Made by a program: the position numbers and the translations under genes
Shown here: piece after piece, positions 1-9,713 of the stretch
Position numbering within the stretch: the first letter of the stretch is position 1
Layout: each line of letters opens with the position of its first letter
The notes under the pieces: model-generated
The model's database searches: none
Seen by the model: the letters and a program-made list of their open reading frames with translations, nothing else
Told to the model about the DNA's origin: nothing
Assembly: GCA_037130655.1 (NCBI GenBank)
Contig: JBAXSP010000002.1
Location: 13,125 to 77,124, forward strand
DNA length: 64,000 nucleotides
Reading direction: 5' to 3'
From: a bacterium
GTDB taxonomy: Bacteria; Patescibacteriota; Minisyncoccia; Phycocordibacterales; UBA9973

Positions 1-1153
1 AAATACTTGTGTCTTTGATCAATTCATACAAGACAGACAATGCTTCTGCAGTATTCAAATCATCTTCAACTGCTCTACCAAATGAGGTGATATATGAACT
101 ATCTATTTCACCAAGAACGTCACCAAGCCGTTTATATGCATCATAGATACGTCCCAGTGCCGTTTCTGCAGCAGTTACAGATTCCCAGGTGAAGTTCAAT
201 GGCTTGCGATAATGTGTTTGCGCAAAGAGCAACCGAAGTGCAAACGGATTGATATGGTGAGCACGAATATCATCAATGGTATAGAAATTATCTTTACTCT
301 TACTCATCTTTTCTCCATCAACATTGAGGAATGCATGGTGTACCCAAAATCGTGCAAATGGGCGACCGGTCGCACATTCACTCTGGGCAATTTCGTTTTC
401 ATGGTGAACTGGCACATGATCAATACCACCGGTGTGGATGTCGAGCATTTCACCCAATTCACTCATCGCAATTGCAGAACATTCGATGTGCCATCCAGGA
501 AAGCCGTCACCCCATGGACTCGGCCAGTGCATACTGTGGTGTTCAAATCGTCCAGTTCGTTTGAACCACAATACAAAGTCTTGTGGATTTCTTTTTTCAC
601 TATCTACGATCACGTCATCACGTACACCAGTTTGTTTGTCATCCAATGATTGTCCAGAGAGTGCACCATAGGTATGAAAAGAGCGAACATCGAAATAAAT
701 CGCTTGTGATGTTTCGTATGTTGCACCAATGTTTTCTAATTTGCGAATGAGTGCAATCATTTCTTCCACCTTGTCAGTCGCTTTGATTGTCTTGGTTGGA
801 GGAATGACACCAACAGCGTTCATTGTGTCTTCAAAATATTTTGTATAAAAATCCGCCAATTCCCAAACGGTCTTGCCGTATTTCTCGGCGCCACGCTCCA
901 TTTTATCACCACCTTCATCACCATCATCAGTCAAATGACCGACATCAGTAATATTCATAATATGCTTCACATTGTATCCAAGGAACAGCAATGTGCGTTT
1001 GAGCACATCATCACCAATATATTTGCGCATATGACCAATGTGCGTATAGTCGTACACTGTCGGACCACACGTATACATACGCACAAAATCATCCGATATC
1101 GGAGTAAATGTTTCAATTTCTTTAGAGAGGGTATTGTAGAGTTTTAGAGCCAT
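1..1153 (-). CDS. cysS: cysteinyl-tRNA synthetase (5' complete, 3' end beyond window)
   Basis: Translating the minus strand from the ATG at 1153 gives MALKLYNTLSKEIETF... It has the class I HIGH motif (THIGHMRKY) and KMSKS, and the CysRS-typical WPSPWG and GWHIECS. Not in the ORF track because it runs off the window edge; the start overlaps the corA stop by 10 nt. Confidence 0.85.
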   Translation of the reverse strand, partial: MALKLYNTLSKEIETFTPISDDFVRMYTCGPTVYDYTHIGHMRKYIGDDVLKRTLLFLGYNVKHIMNITDVGHLTDDGDEGGDKMERGAEKYGKTVWELADFYTKYFEDTMNAVGVIPPTKTIKATDKVEEMIALIRKLENIGATYETSQAIYFDVRSFHTYGALSGQSLDDKQTGVRDDVIVDSEKRNPQDFVLWFKRTGRFEHHSMHWPSPWGDGFPGWHIECSAIAMSELGEMLDIHTGGIDHVPVHHENEIAQSECATGRPFARFWVHHAFLNVDGEKMSKSKDNFYTIDDIRAHHINPFALRLLFAQTHYRKPLNFTWESVTAAETALGRIYDAYKRLGDVLGEIDSSYITSFGRAVEDDLNTAEALSVLYELIKDTSI

Positions 1154-2082
1154 TTTCGAAGTTTGAAGTAAAGGAACATTATCGCACCGGTGAGCGTCAT
1201 TGCTCCGATAACAATAATGAAATCTGGAATATCGTGAATAAAGACGAAGTCTGCATTCATTCCAAAAATACCAGATATGAGCGTCAACGGCAACATAATG
1301 AAAGACATAATGGTCAATGTTTTGACGGTTTCGTTGGTCTTGGCAGAAAGCAGTGATTCATTGGTCTCACGGAGATCATTCAAAATTTCTTTGTGTCCAT
1401 CGAGAATTGCCTGAACCTTGTTGTATTCACCAATAATAGCAGAGAGATAATAGTCGAAGTTTGAGCCGAAAAATTCCTTACCAGCATTTTCAAAAGAATG
1501 AAGTGTTTCGCGATGAAAACGAATTGCTTGTTTGAAATCGAGCAATTGACGATTCATATGAGAGATTTGCTGTACCATCTTTTCTTCTTCACGAGCAAAA
1601 ATATTCTTTTCAATTTCGCGCATTTGCACATTGAGTAATTCAAGTTGTTCTGTTGAATCATGATAGAGCTCCTTCAAAATAGAAAAGAATAGGAAACCAG
1701 CATGTTCGTCACGAATACCTTTTTTGAGTAATGCGTTCACTTCAAAAGCTTTTGAGAATTCATGGAGTGGATTTGAAAGCTCATAGTGGACCGTAATCAG
1801 GAAGTTTTTCCCTAGAATGAAGTCTATTTCTTGATCAATATCTTTGACATCTTTGTGGAGTGTACGAGGGAAGTGCAAAATCAGATAAATAAGGTTATCA
1901 TGCAAATCAACCTTCGAACGAAGGGTGCTGGTAAGCAATTCTTCAGAGACAGACTGGGGAATAGTGTACTCTTCAGACAAATGAAGAATCTCTTCTTTGG
2001 TTGGAGACTCGACGTCAATCCAGGTAAGCTTTTTATAGGTATATTTTGAAATCATTACATATAGTATACCGTATAGAAGCAA
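1144..2082 (-). CDS. corA: magnesium/cobalt transporter CorA
   Basis: 312 aa with the C-terminal GMN motif (GMNADF) and two C-terminal TM helices. The start lies 7 nt after a TATACT box. Confidence 0.9.
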   Translation of the reverse strand: MLLYGILYVMISKYTYKKLTWIDVESPTKEEILHLSEEYTIPQSVSEELLTSTLRSKVDLHDNLIYLILHFPRTLHKDVKDIDQEIDFILGKNFLITVHYELSNPLHEFSKAFEVNALLKKGIRDEHAGFLFFSILKELYHDSTEQLELLNVQMREIEKNIFAREEEKMVQQISHMNRQLLDFKQAIRFHRETLHSFENAGKEFFGSNFDYYLSAIIGEYNKVQAILDGHKEILNDLRETNESLLSAKTNETVKTLTIMSFIMLPLTLISGIFGMNADFVFIHDIPDFIIVIGAMTLTGAIMFLYFKLRKWL

Positions 2083-2294
2083 GTACTTTATAGTGGATAG
2101 CGTGTGGAGTACAACATGAAGACTAGGGAAGTTTCTAGTGACTAGTTTCTAGGTTCCAGGTTTCGAAATAAATCACAAGGCGAATTTTGGCGGAGCCAAA
2201 ATTCGCCAGACTAGCAACTAATCACTAGAAACTAGAACCTAGGCAAATAACACTTGCAAAAAAAGTGAAATAGTATATAATCTTCTTATAAATT

Positions 2295-2648
2295 ATGGCA
2301 ATCAAAAAAACCACAAAAACTGAAGAAGTCAAGGAGTTTGCAGTCATCGCAACAGGTGGCAAACAATACCAAGTCTCTGTAGGCGAAATCATCCAAATCG
2401 AGAAGCTCGATGGTGAATTCAAATTGGGTGACAAAATCGTTTTTGACAAAGTACTCCTCGTAGACAATGGCAAAGATACAACTATCGGCGCTCCATACAT
2501 CAAAGGCGCAAAGGTAGAAGCATTGTTCCAAAAAGCTGACCGTTACAAGACAATTGATGTTATCAAATACAAGTCAAAGTCTCGTTACTTCAAGAAAAAT
2601 GGTCACCGACAACCATACATCGAAGTAAAGATCTCAGCAATTGCGTAA
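2295..2648 (+). CDS. rplU: 50S ribosomal protein L21
   Basis: 117 aa; FAVIATGGKQYQV is the L21 signature. TATAAT sits about 12 nt upstream of the ATG. Confidence 0.9.
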   Translation: MAIKKTTKTEEVKEFAVIATGGKQYQVSVGEIIQIEKLDGEFKLGDKIVFDKVLLVDNGKDTTIGAPYIKGAKVEALFQKADRYKTIDVIKYKSKSRYFKKNGHRQPYIEVKISAIA

Positions 2649-2672
2649 GCAAAAGCACCTAGCTACTAGCCA

Positions 2673-2716
2673 AAACAAAAGAGCGACAACCCTAGGATTG
2701 TCGCTCTTTTGTTTAT
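2673..2716. terminator. bidirectional rho-independent terminator (15-bp stem, CCCTAGG loop)
   Basis: acaaaagagcgacaa-ccctagg-attgtcgctcttttgt between the convergent rplU and recR, with A/T tracts on both sides. Confidence 0.7.
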
Positions 2717-2739
2717 TAGTCATTGGTCATTAGTAATTA

Positions 2740-3345
2740 TTATTGTCTATTTCTGAGCGCATATTTGATCGTATCTGCATCAGAGTATTCGAGCTCCGTA
2801 CCAGTTGAAAGTCCTCGTCCAAGACTGACCAATTTGATGTCAGTACCTTCCAAATAATTTTTCAATGTATTTCTAATATATTCATCGGTATGTGTGCCTG
2901 ATGGAGTCAAAGAAAAAGCCAGAACAATTTCTTTCAATCCGTCTTTTTTCAAATCAACTACACGTTTGACCATTTCTCGTAGACGCAAAAATTCACTCGG
3001 ATTCTTTTCCAAAATCGGCACCAATCCACCGAGCACAAAATAAAAGCCGTTATATGTTTTGCTTTTTCGAAAGGCTTCGAGGTCTGCATCTTTTTCGACA
3101 ATCAATAGGGAAGTTGTATCTTCAGCCGTAGTACAAAACAGACAAATCTCTTGAGGACCAGAGAAAAATCGCTGACACAACGGACAAATTCGCACCCCGT
3201 CTTTCACATGAGTAATTGCATCAGAAAGTGAGTCCAAATACTGTTTGTCTTTGGTCAGCAAGAAATAAACAAAGCGTTTTGATTGACGTTCACCAATTCC
3301 AGGAAATTGTTTGAAATATTCAGCTAGTTTGTCGATAGGGTTCAT
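2740..3345 (-). CDS. recR: recombination protein RecR
   Basis: 201 aa with a C4 zinc finger (CPLCQRF...CLFC) and Toprim-like core typical of RecR. The start is preceded by tctGaTATACT and then 9 nt. Confidence 0.9.
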   Translation of the reverse strand: MNPIDKLAEYFKQFPGIGERQSKRFVYFLLTKDKQYLDSLSDAITHVKDGVRICPLCQRFFSGPQEICLFCTTAEDTTSLLIVEKDADLEAFRKSKTYNGFYFVLGGLVPILEKNPSEFLRLREMVKRVVDLKKDGLKEIVLAFSLTPSGTHTDEYIRNTLKNYLEGTDIKLVSLGRGLSTGTELEYSDADTIKYALRNRQ

Positions 3346-3460
3346 TGAAACTACAGTATATCAGATGATGTTATTTCAGAATATAGAAGCGCGCGACCCA
3401 AGGGTCGCGCGCTTTTACTTGGTCTATATTCTGATATACCAATTACTGAAATACCTTATA

Positions 3461-4876
3461 TTAAAAGTCCGACAAATCGTATTTGTTCGTAGCTGCTGGC
3501 CCTTGTGGAGCAGTAACGCCGGCATATTCATTGGCAACTTCAAGGAAGCTGGTAGTATTTCCATCAATCATCATAGACACTGCTCCAATCGGACCATTTC
3601 GGTGTTTTCCGATAATTACTTTGATTTCTCGAGAGCTATTGTTACCACCTGTTTCAAATTTGTCATCAACACGGTGCAAGAACATCACCACGTCAGCATC
3701 TTGCTCAATAGATCCAGAGTCACGAAGGTCAGAAAGCTTTGGTTCACCACCACGAGATTCAACGGCACGAGAAAGCTGTGACAATGCAATAACTGGCACA
3801 TCGAATTCTTTTGCAAGTGCTTTGAGTCCGCGAGAAATTTCGGTCACCTGGTTGACCATGTTGTCATAGGTTTTGACTGGAGTCATCAATTGCAAGTAGT
3901 CGATTACAATCAATCCGAGTCCGTGTTCTTTTTTGATACGTCGAGCAGTATTGCGAAGACGGATGATGTTACTTCCGGCTTGGTCATCGATGAAAATCGG
4001 CGCTTGTGCCAATTCTCCAACCGCTTGTTGCAACTTTTCATATTCTTCTTCTTTTTTAAAACCAATTCCAGTGCGAAGTTTCCACGCATCAACTTGTGAA
4101 TGAGAAGCGACCATTCTATCGATCAATTGATGAGAACTCATTTCGAGTGAGAAAATAATAGTCGGTTGACCGTGTTTGACCGCAGCATTTTTGGCAACAT
4201 CAAGTGCAAATGTTGTCTTACCGACAGATGGACGAGCGGCGAGAATAATCAAATCAGATTTTTGAAAACCAGAAAGCATGTCATCCAATTTTTTGAAACC
4301 ACTTGGTACTCCACGAAGTCCACCAGGATTTTGATGCAAACTTTCAAAACGTTCCATTGCTCCGGTCAACACTTCTTTGATTGGTACGGCACGAGTCGCG
4401 TTCGGACGCCCCTTCATATCAAGTAAGTGCTTTTCGGCTTGATCAACAATAGAATCTGCGTCTTCATCTGATTCTGCAAAACCAAGCTCGGCAATGTGAT
4501 CAGCTGCACGAATCAATTCACGAAGAATGTGTTTCTTCTGCACGATGTCTGCATAATATTTTGCATTCGTTGAAGAGGGAACAGAACTAGTCAATTCTGC
4601 CAAATAGGCATTTCCCCCAACACTATCAAACTGCTTTTTATCTTTGAGCTTCGTTGCAACAGAAAGCATGTCGATTGGTTCATTCTTCATCGACAAATCT
4701 CTCATTGCTTCAAAAATGATTCCATTTTTATCAGAATAAAATGTTTTCGGATCAAGAATGTCCGTAACTTCGTGAATTGCTCCAGAACGGACCATAATAG
4801 AACCGAGCACTGCGCGTTCTGCGTCAGCATCTTGTGGCGGTATTCGGATTTGCGGATTTCCTTTGTGTTGTGACAT
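3461..4876 (-). CDS. dnaB: replicative DNA helicase DnaB
   Basis: 471 aa; Walker A (ARPSVGKTTFALDVAKNAA), IIDYLQLM and the RecA-like C-terminal domain. No intein. Confidence 0.9.
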   Translation of the reverse strand: MSQHKGNPQIRIPPQDADAERAVLGSIMVRSGAIHEVTDILDPKTFYSDKNGIIFEAMRDLSMKNEPIDMLSVATKLKDKKQFDSVGGNAYLAELTSSVPSSTNAKYYADIVQKKHILRELIRAADHIAELGFAESDEDADSIVDQAEKHLLDMKGRPNATRAVPIKEVLTGAMERFESLHQNPGGLRGVPSGFKKLDDMLSGFQKSDLIILAARPSVGKTTFALDVAKNAAVKHGQPTIIFSLEMSSHQLIDRMVASHSQVDAWKLRTGIGFKKEEEYEKLQQAVGELAQAPIFIDDQAGSNIIRLRNTARRIKKEHGLGLIVIDYLQLMTPVKTYDNMVNQVTEISRGLKALAKEFDVPVIALSQLSRAVESRGGEPKLSDLRDSGSIEQDADVVMFLHRVDDKFETGGNNSSREIKVIIGKHRNGPIGAVSMMIDGNTTSFLEVANEYAGVTAPQGPAATNKYDLSDF

Positions 4877-4992
4877 CGTGAACTCATTGTAACAGTAGGA
4901 AAAGTAGCTGGGAAATCAGACCCCCCTGTGCACACTGTGAAAAACTCTTTTCACCTTTGTATTTTAAGCTTTGTTCAACTATAATGGGGGAT

Positions 4993-5958
4993 ATGCAAAA
5001 GAAAATTCTCCTATCAGGAATCCAACCATCAGGTACGCTTCATATTGGTAATTATTTTGGCGCCATCAAGCAATTTGTCGAATTACAAAAAGACTACGAT
5101 ACTCGTATTTTTATCGCTGATCTTCACGCTATCAATTCAACGCAAGACGCACTGCAACTATCAAAAAACATTTTTGATATTGCGGTAGATTATCTCGCAC
5201 TCGGACTTGATCCAGAGAATGTTATTTTATTCAAACAATCAGATGTACCAGACGTTGCAGAGCTCTGCTGGTATTTCAACTGTATTACAACCGTTCCATA
5301 TCTCGAACGCGCACACGCATACAAAGATAAGGTCGCAAACGGTAAAGAAGCCAATGTTGGATTGTTTGACTATCCGATATTGATGGCCGCAGATATTTTA
5401 GTGCAAGATGCACAAGTGGTTCCAGTCGGTGCCGATCAACGACAGCATGTAGAATTCGCTCGTGACATTGCGGAGAAATTCAATCGAATCTACGGAGAGA
5501 CATTTGTATTACCGGAAGCAATGATTTTGGACAATGTTGCAACGGTTCCAGGAATCGATGGACGAAAAATGAGTAAGAGTTATAACAACACAATTCCACT
5601 GTTTGCAGAACGAGACGAAATCAAAGCATTGGTCATGCGTATTGCAACTGATTCAAAAGCACCAGATGAAGTCAAAAATCCTGATGATATGGTGTTGTAT
5701 CAAATTCACAAACTCTTCAATCAAAGCGAAGACTTGAAACATGCATACACACAAGGTATGTCATACAAAGAAGCCAAAGAGCGTTTGGTTGACGATATCG
5801 ACACATTCATCGAACCATTCCGCAAACGTCGCAGTGAAATTGCTTCACGTCGCGAATATGTACTCGAAGTACTTCGCCAAGGTGCCGAAAAAGCTCGCCC
5901 GATCATCCAAAAGAAAATGAATCTTATTCGCAAGAGAGTAGGGGTGCATTTGGAATAA
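4993..5958 (+). CDS. trpS: tryptophanyl-tRNA synthetase
   Basis: SGIQPSGTLHIGNY (HIGH) and KMSKS. The start is set at MQKK (ATG 4993), 6 nt after a TATAAT box; the ORF-track start at 4957 is likely too far upstream. Confidence 0.88.
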   Translation: MQKKILLSGIQPSGTLHIGNYFGAIKQFVELQKDYDTRIFIADLHAINSTQDALQLSKNIFDIAVDYLALGLDPENVILFKQSDVPDVAELCWYFNCITTVPYLERAHAYKDKVANGKEANVGLFDYPILMAADILVQDAQVVPVGADQRQHVEFARDIAEKFNRIYGETFVLPEAMILDNVATVPGIDGRKMSKSYNNTIPLFAERDEIKALVMRIATDSKAPDEVKNPDDMVLYQIHKLFNQSEDLKHAYTQGMSYKEAKERLVDDIDTFIEPFRKRRSEIASRREYVLEVLRQGAEKARPIIQKKMNLIRKRVGVHLE

Positions 5959-5968
5959 TCTCTTAATC

Positions 5969-7774
5969 ATGGAAACAGAAAACAAAGCACAAAAAATTAC
6001 CATTAAAGACTTGTGGATGACTATAAAGAAAGTTTTACAACTTTCTTTTAAAGTTGACCGTAAAAGATTTTGGATTATCCTACTAACAAACATCTTTTTA
6101 GCAATATTTGCAACCATTTCTGCGTGGTATTTTTCTCGTTTCTTAAACATTGCAATATACAACAACGGAGAAAGATTTTTCAGCAACACCGTAATCTTTA
6201 CCTTACTGATTATAATTTCTGCAAGAATATTAAATTCGATACTGTCTACATGGAACTGGAGAGTCTATAGCTTTTTCTCAAGAAAATTTTTTACCGAAAC
6301 TTTCTTATTAAGTGCACAAGCATCAGAACGAATCGATATCCAAACATATGAAAGTCCTGGTTTTTCTCTATTACGCACAAGAGTTTCGATGTATTTCGGC
6401 AAACTACAAAACTACGGAGACGTTTTGACTGATTGTATTAATTCATTGATACCAATGCTTATTAGTACTGTCATTATTCTTTCTATTGGAAAATGGTGGC
6501 TATTACTCCTTGTTATTATTCCTGCCATCTTAAATTTCTGGACCGAATTACTTGATGGAAAAACAATGTGGGACTGTGAAAATCAAGCAGGCGAGGAACG
6601 TAAAAAATTCTCAGCTTTTTATAATTTCTTCGGATCAAAAAACTATGTTGAAGAAATTAAGATCAACGGACTAAAACCATTCTTTCTGAAAGGAATTATT
6701 GAAACACGAGAAACAATCAATGCTATTTTTCTAAAACGCGATAATGCGTACATGAAGAAAAAACTTATAGTAAATATTATTACAAACATAATGGAACTTG
6801 TTGTGCCTATCGTTCTTATTCATCAGATATTCACTAAACAATTATTGATCGGTGCTTTCTATTTCATCAATGGGCGCTTCGATACATTCACCAACAACTT
6901 ACGTCAAATGCTTCGCACACTCGGACGCATGTACAAAGACGCACCATATGTATCAGATATATTCAAATTCATTGAAATGCAACCGGTACTTCCAAACGGC
7001 AAAAGCACTCTTTCAACATTCGAATCACTGCAAATCAAAAATGTAGATTTTACGTATCCAGAATCTGACAGAGTGATCTTGGAAGGATTAAATTTTGAAA
7101 TCAAGCGTGGAGAAAAAGTCGCGATGATCGGTCTCAATGGAGCAGGGAAGACAACAATTACAAAATTACTGTTACGATTTTATTTTTCAACAAAAGGAGA
7201 CGTGTTGTACAATGGAAATAAAATCGAGGATTTAGACAAATACAATCTCTATCAAAAAATCGGATTCCTTCCGCAAGATTTCGCTAAATTTGATTTAACG
7301 TTCGAAGAAAGTATTGCCCTTGGAAACATGTCGAAGGATTTCAATAGCGACAAAGTGATTGAGTCTGCTAAAAAAGCTCACATTCATGAATTTATTATGT
7401 CCCATCCAAATGGTTACCAAACACAGATTGGTAAGAAATACAAAGATGGAGTAGAACTTTCTGGTGGACAGTGGCAAAAATTAGCTATTGCAAGTATGTT
7501 TTATCGTAATGCAGAATTCTGGATTCTCGATGAACCAACAAGTGCAATAGATGCAGAAGCTGAGGCAAACATTTTTGAAGAACTCGAAAAACTACCTGAT
7601 GATATTACAGTACTGATGATCTCACACCGATTCTCAACAGTTCGAAACGCAGATAGAATTATTGTTGTTGGAGAAGGAAAAGTACATGAGCAAGGTACAC
7701 ACGAAGAACTACTCAAACTCAAAAAAGGTGAGTATGCTCGATTGTTCAAATTACAAGCTGAAGGGTATAAATAA
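5969..7774 (+). CDS. ABC transporter, fused permease/ATP-binding protein (exporter type)
   Basis: N-terminal 6-TM domain, Walker A (GLNGAGKTT), signature (LSGGQWQKL) and Walker B (ILDEPTSAID). Confidence 0.85.
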   Translation: METENKAQKITIKDLWMTIKKVLQLSFKVDRKRFWIILLTNIFLAIFATISAWYFSRFLNIAIYNNGERFFSNTVIFTLLIIISARILNSILSTWNWRVYSFFSRKFFTETFLLSAQASERIDIQTYESPGFSLLRTRVSMYFGKLQNYGDVLTDCINSLIPMLISTVIILSIGKWWLLLLVIIPAILNFWTELLDGKTMWDCENQAGEERKKFSAFYNFFGSKNYVEEIKINGLKPFFLKGIIETRETINAIFLKRDNAYMKKKLIVNIITNIMELVVPIVLIHQIFTKQLLIGAFYFINGRFDTFTNNLRQMLRTLGRMYKDAPYVSDIFKFIEMQPVLPNGKSTLSTFESLQIKNVDFTYPESDRVILEGLNFEIKRGEKVAMIGLNGAGKTTITKLLLRFYFSTKGDVLYNGNKIEDLDKYNLYQKIGFLPQDFAKFDLTFEESIALGNMSKDFNSDKVIESAKKAHIHEFIMSHPNGYQTQIGKKYKDGVELSGGQWQKLAIASMFYRNAEFWILDEPTSAIDAEAEANIFEELEKLPDDITVLMISHRFSTVRNADRIIVVGEGKVHEQGTHEELLKLKKGEYARLFKLQAEGYK

Positions 7775-7775
7775 T

Positions 7776-7806
7776 AAAAAAGCCTCGCACTGCGAGGCTT
7801 TTTGTT
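7776..7806. terminator. bidirectional terminator (gcctcgcactgcgaggc hairpin)
   Basis: aaaaaagcctcgcactgcgaggcttttt between the convergent ABC gene and the 195-aa gene. The identical hairpin recurs at 8474-8505. Confidence 0.75.
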
Positions 7807-8393
7807 TAGAAGAACTCATCTTCACTAATACCCCAATCATGGATTCTATCAGTATTTAGAATAAATCCAGTACAAGACAAAACTTTTTCAGGAGGAACAT
7901 TATGTGTTGATAAGAAATCAAAAATATCTTTTTGCATTTTTTCTGATATCTCAAAAGTCAATAAATTAATTTCATTAAAGAATGCTTCTTTTTCGTTTTC
8001 ATCAAGTATTGGTTTTTTGTTACGATTACAAGGCATTACACCTTTAAAAAAGATATTTTCACCAATTGACAGTAATTCAGGAAAAACAAAGAGTGGTATG
8101 TTTGAAGTCTGAAATGCTCTTTTGTGAAAAAGCTTACCTTTTGAATCGACTAAACTTTCGACTATCTTGCTGTGTTTTTCAAAAGTAAAGTTTTGAGAAA
8201 GCCCACCCATGAAATGTTTTGAAATATCGATATTTAGCTTATAAAATGCAATCCAAAAATTTCTAATATCAATACTATTTACTGTTTCTTTTCTTTTAAA
8301 AGATAGAAACACTCCTTGCTCTTCAAACTCATAAGATTCCGGAAATTGAGACGCAATATCTTTCAGATGAATTTTTAATATTTCACTATCCAT
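7806..8393 (-). CDS. hypothetical protein, paralog 1 of a tandem family
   Basis: 195 aa, very AT-rich, with an acidic C-terminus (ISEDEFF). The segment GVFLSFKRKETVNSIDIRNFWIAFYKLNID aligns with the next gene, so the two look like paralogs. Confidence 0.55.
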   Translation of the reverse strand: MDSEILKIHLKDIASQFPESYEFEEQGVFLSFKRKETVNSIDIRNFWIAFYKLNIDISKHFMGGLSQNFTFEKHSKIVESLVDSKGKLFHKRAFQTSNIPLFVFPELLSIGENIFFKGVMPCNRNKKPILDENEKEAFFNEINLLTFEISEKMQKDIFDFLSTHNVPPEKVLSCTGFILNTDRIHDWGISEDEFF

Positions 8394-8473
8394 TTTTATA
8401 AAGAATATAAACCAAAAATATTTTATTACATAAAAGATGTTTTGTCAAATATATCATTTACAGAAAAACGTAA

Positions 8474-8505
8474 ATAAAAAAACCTCGCACTGCGAGGCTT
8501 TTTTG
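8474..8505 (-). terminator. terminator, duplicate of the 7776-7806 hairpin
   Basis: aaaaaaacctcgcactgcgaggctttttt immediately 3' of the 177-aa gene. Confidence 0.7.
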
Positions 8506-8510
8506 ATTCC

Positions 8511-9044
8511 TTAATAATCTTCTTCTGGTGTTTCGTCTTCGTGCATTCTTATTCTGTAAATATTTTTAAATTTTACAGAAAGCCAAATATCGAAATACTC
8601 GAAATTTGATTGATCGATACGCTTAAGTTGATCTAGCTCGTTGTTTACGATATTCATGTACTTATCAATCGGTGGAATTAGTTTGAAATTTTCTGAACAA
8701 AAATTAAACATATTTTCATAACTATGTGCATCAATCGGCAATACAAACATCAATTCATCTGAAGATTCTAAGGGAAGGCAAATAACATTTAGGGCAAAAC
8801 TTTTATTAATCCAAACAGTTAAATAAAAAGGGTCTTTATTTAAAGAAAAAATACAATTCCAAAATTCATACACAGACTCCTCAGTACTTTCTTTGTTTAG
8901 AAAGAGACTAAATCCATCTGAGTGTTGAACGAACCTATAAGAACCGCAGTTCTCCGCATAGATTCTAGTGATTATTGCTTCCATGTTTTCGTTTTTAAAT
9001 TCCGAAATTATTCTATTATATATAATGATATTTGTCAAATTCAT
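8511..9044 (-). CDS. hypothetical protein, paralog 2 of a tandem family
   Basis: 177 aa. DGFSLFLNKESTEESVYEFWNCIFSLNKD aligns with paralog 1. Acidic tail HEDETPEEDY. Confidence 0.55.
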   Translation of the reverse strand: MNLTNIIIYNRIISEFKNENMEAIITRIYAENCGSYRFVQHSDGFSLFLNKESTEESVYEFWNCIFSLNKDPFYLTVWINKSFALNVICLPLESSDELMFVLPIDAHSYENMFNFCSENFKLIPPIDKYMNIVNNELDQLKRIDQSNFEYFDIWLSVKFKNIYRIRMHEDETPEEDY

Positions 9045-9065
9045 TATTTAGAAACACTCACCTAG

Positions 9066-9096
9066 AAAAAGAAAAGCCCTGCAATGCAGGGCTTTG
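9066..9096 (-). terminator. rho-independent terminator
   Basis: agccctgcaatgcagggct hairpin followed by a T-tract, in minus orientation after the 169-aa gene. Confidence 0.65.
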
Positions 9097-9099
9097 GTC

Positions 9100-9609
9100 T
9101 TAGCAATCAAGAAAGGTAACTGTTTTGATATGTTTGACAGGGATAAGTAATTTTATCGGCAGAGAGTCAGGATCTACTGGTTTAAAATCAGCATTCTCAA
9201 TTTCGATACTGCAACTTTTACATTTCTCAAGCAATTCCTCAAAATTATCACCAGTAGGTAACGCAACTAAAGCAACAACATATTTCTTTTCAGAAATCAT
9301 ATTAAGTGGAGAATGTAGGTATACATTGGTAAAAGTAAAATACTCATTTGCAACTACCATAAAACGCTTTTTATTAGAAGATTCATTCATCTGCTCTACA
9401 ACAGCAAAACCTTTTGCAAGTGTTACAGAAACATTTGCTCTGTCATTATTACACAATGGCGGATCGAGTGCGATTTTTTCCCAAAAATCAATTTGATTTG
9501 ATGTTTCAAATCGGGGTTCGATTTCAACGGTAATTTGATTGTCGATTTCCTGTGTAACGTAACAATGCTCAGTCATACTGATTGCCGCTTTTAAAAGTAT
9601 AGGGTCCAT
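9100..9609 (-). CDS. hypothetical protein, possible third paralog
   Basis: 169 aa; ETSNQIDFWEKIAL weakly resembles the FW motif of the two downstream genes. TTGACA-N17-TATATA promoter upstream. Confidence 0.5.
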   Translation of the reverse strand: MDPILLKAAISMTEHCYVTQEIDNQITVEIEPRFETSNQIDFWEKIALDPPLCNNDRANVSVTLAKGFAVVEQMNESSNKKRFMVVANEYFTFTNVYLHSPLNMISEKKYVVALVALPTGDNFEELLEKCKSCSIEIENADFKPVDPDSLPIKLLIPVKHIKTVTFLDC

Positions 9610-9713
9610 ATTTTTTTGTTATTTATTCGAATTTACTATATATTAAATATATACACTTGTCAATATTTATTTAATTTAGAAAAATCAGTATTTTTTGGTA
9701 TAATCAAAAAATT

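Noticed and set aside
212-1147. Plus-strand ORFs (145, 77, 79 and 70 aa) at the start of the window
   Set aside because: They lie antisense to a clear cysS reading frame (HIGH/KMSKS) on the minus strand. They are short and overlap one another, with no recognisable motifs.
3483-4426. Plus-strand ORFs of 128, 69 and 86 aa inside dnaB
   Set aside because: Antisense to dnaB; no motifs.
7776-9096. Possible CRISPR-like repeats (gcctcgcactgcgaggc, agccctgcaatgcagggct)
   Set aside because: Only 2-3 copies at 600-700 bp spacing, each exactly at a gene's 3' end and followed by T-tracts. These are duplicated terminators, not a repeat-spacer array.
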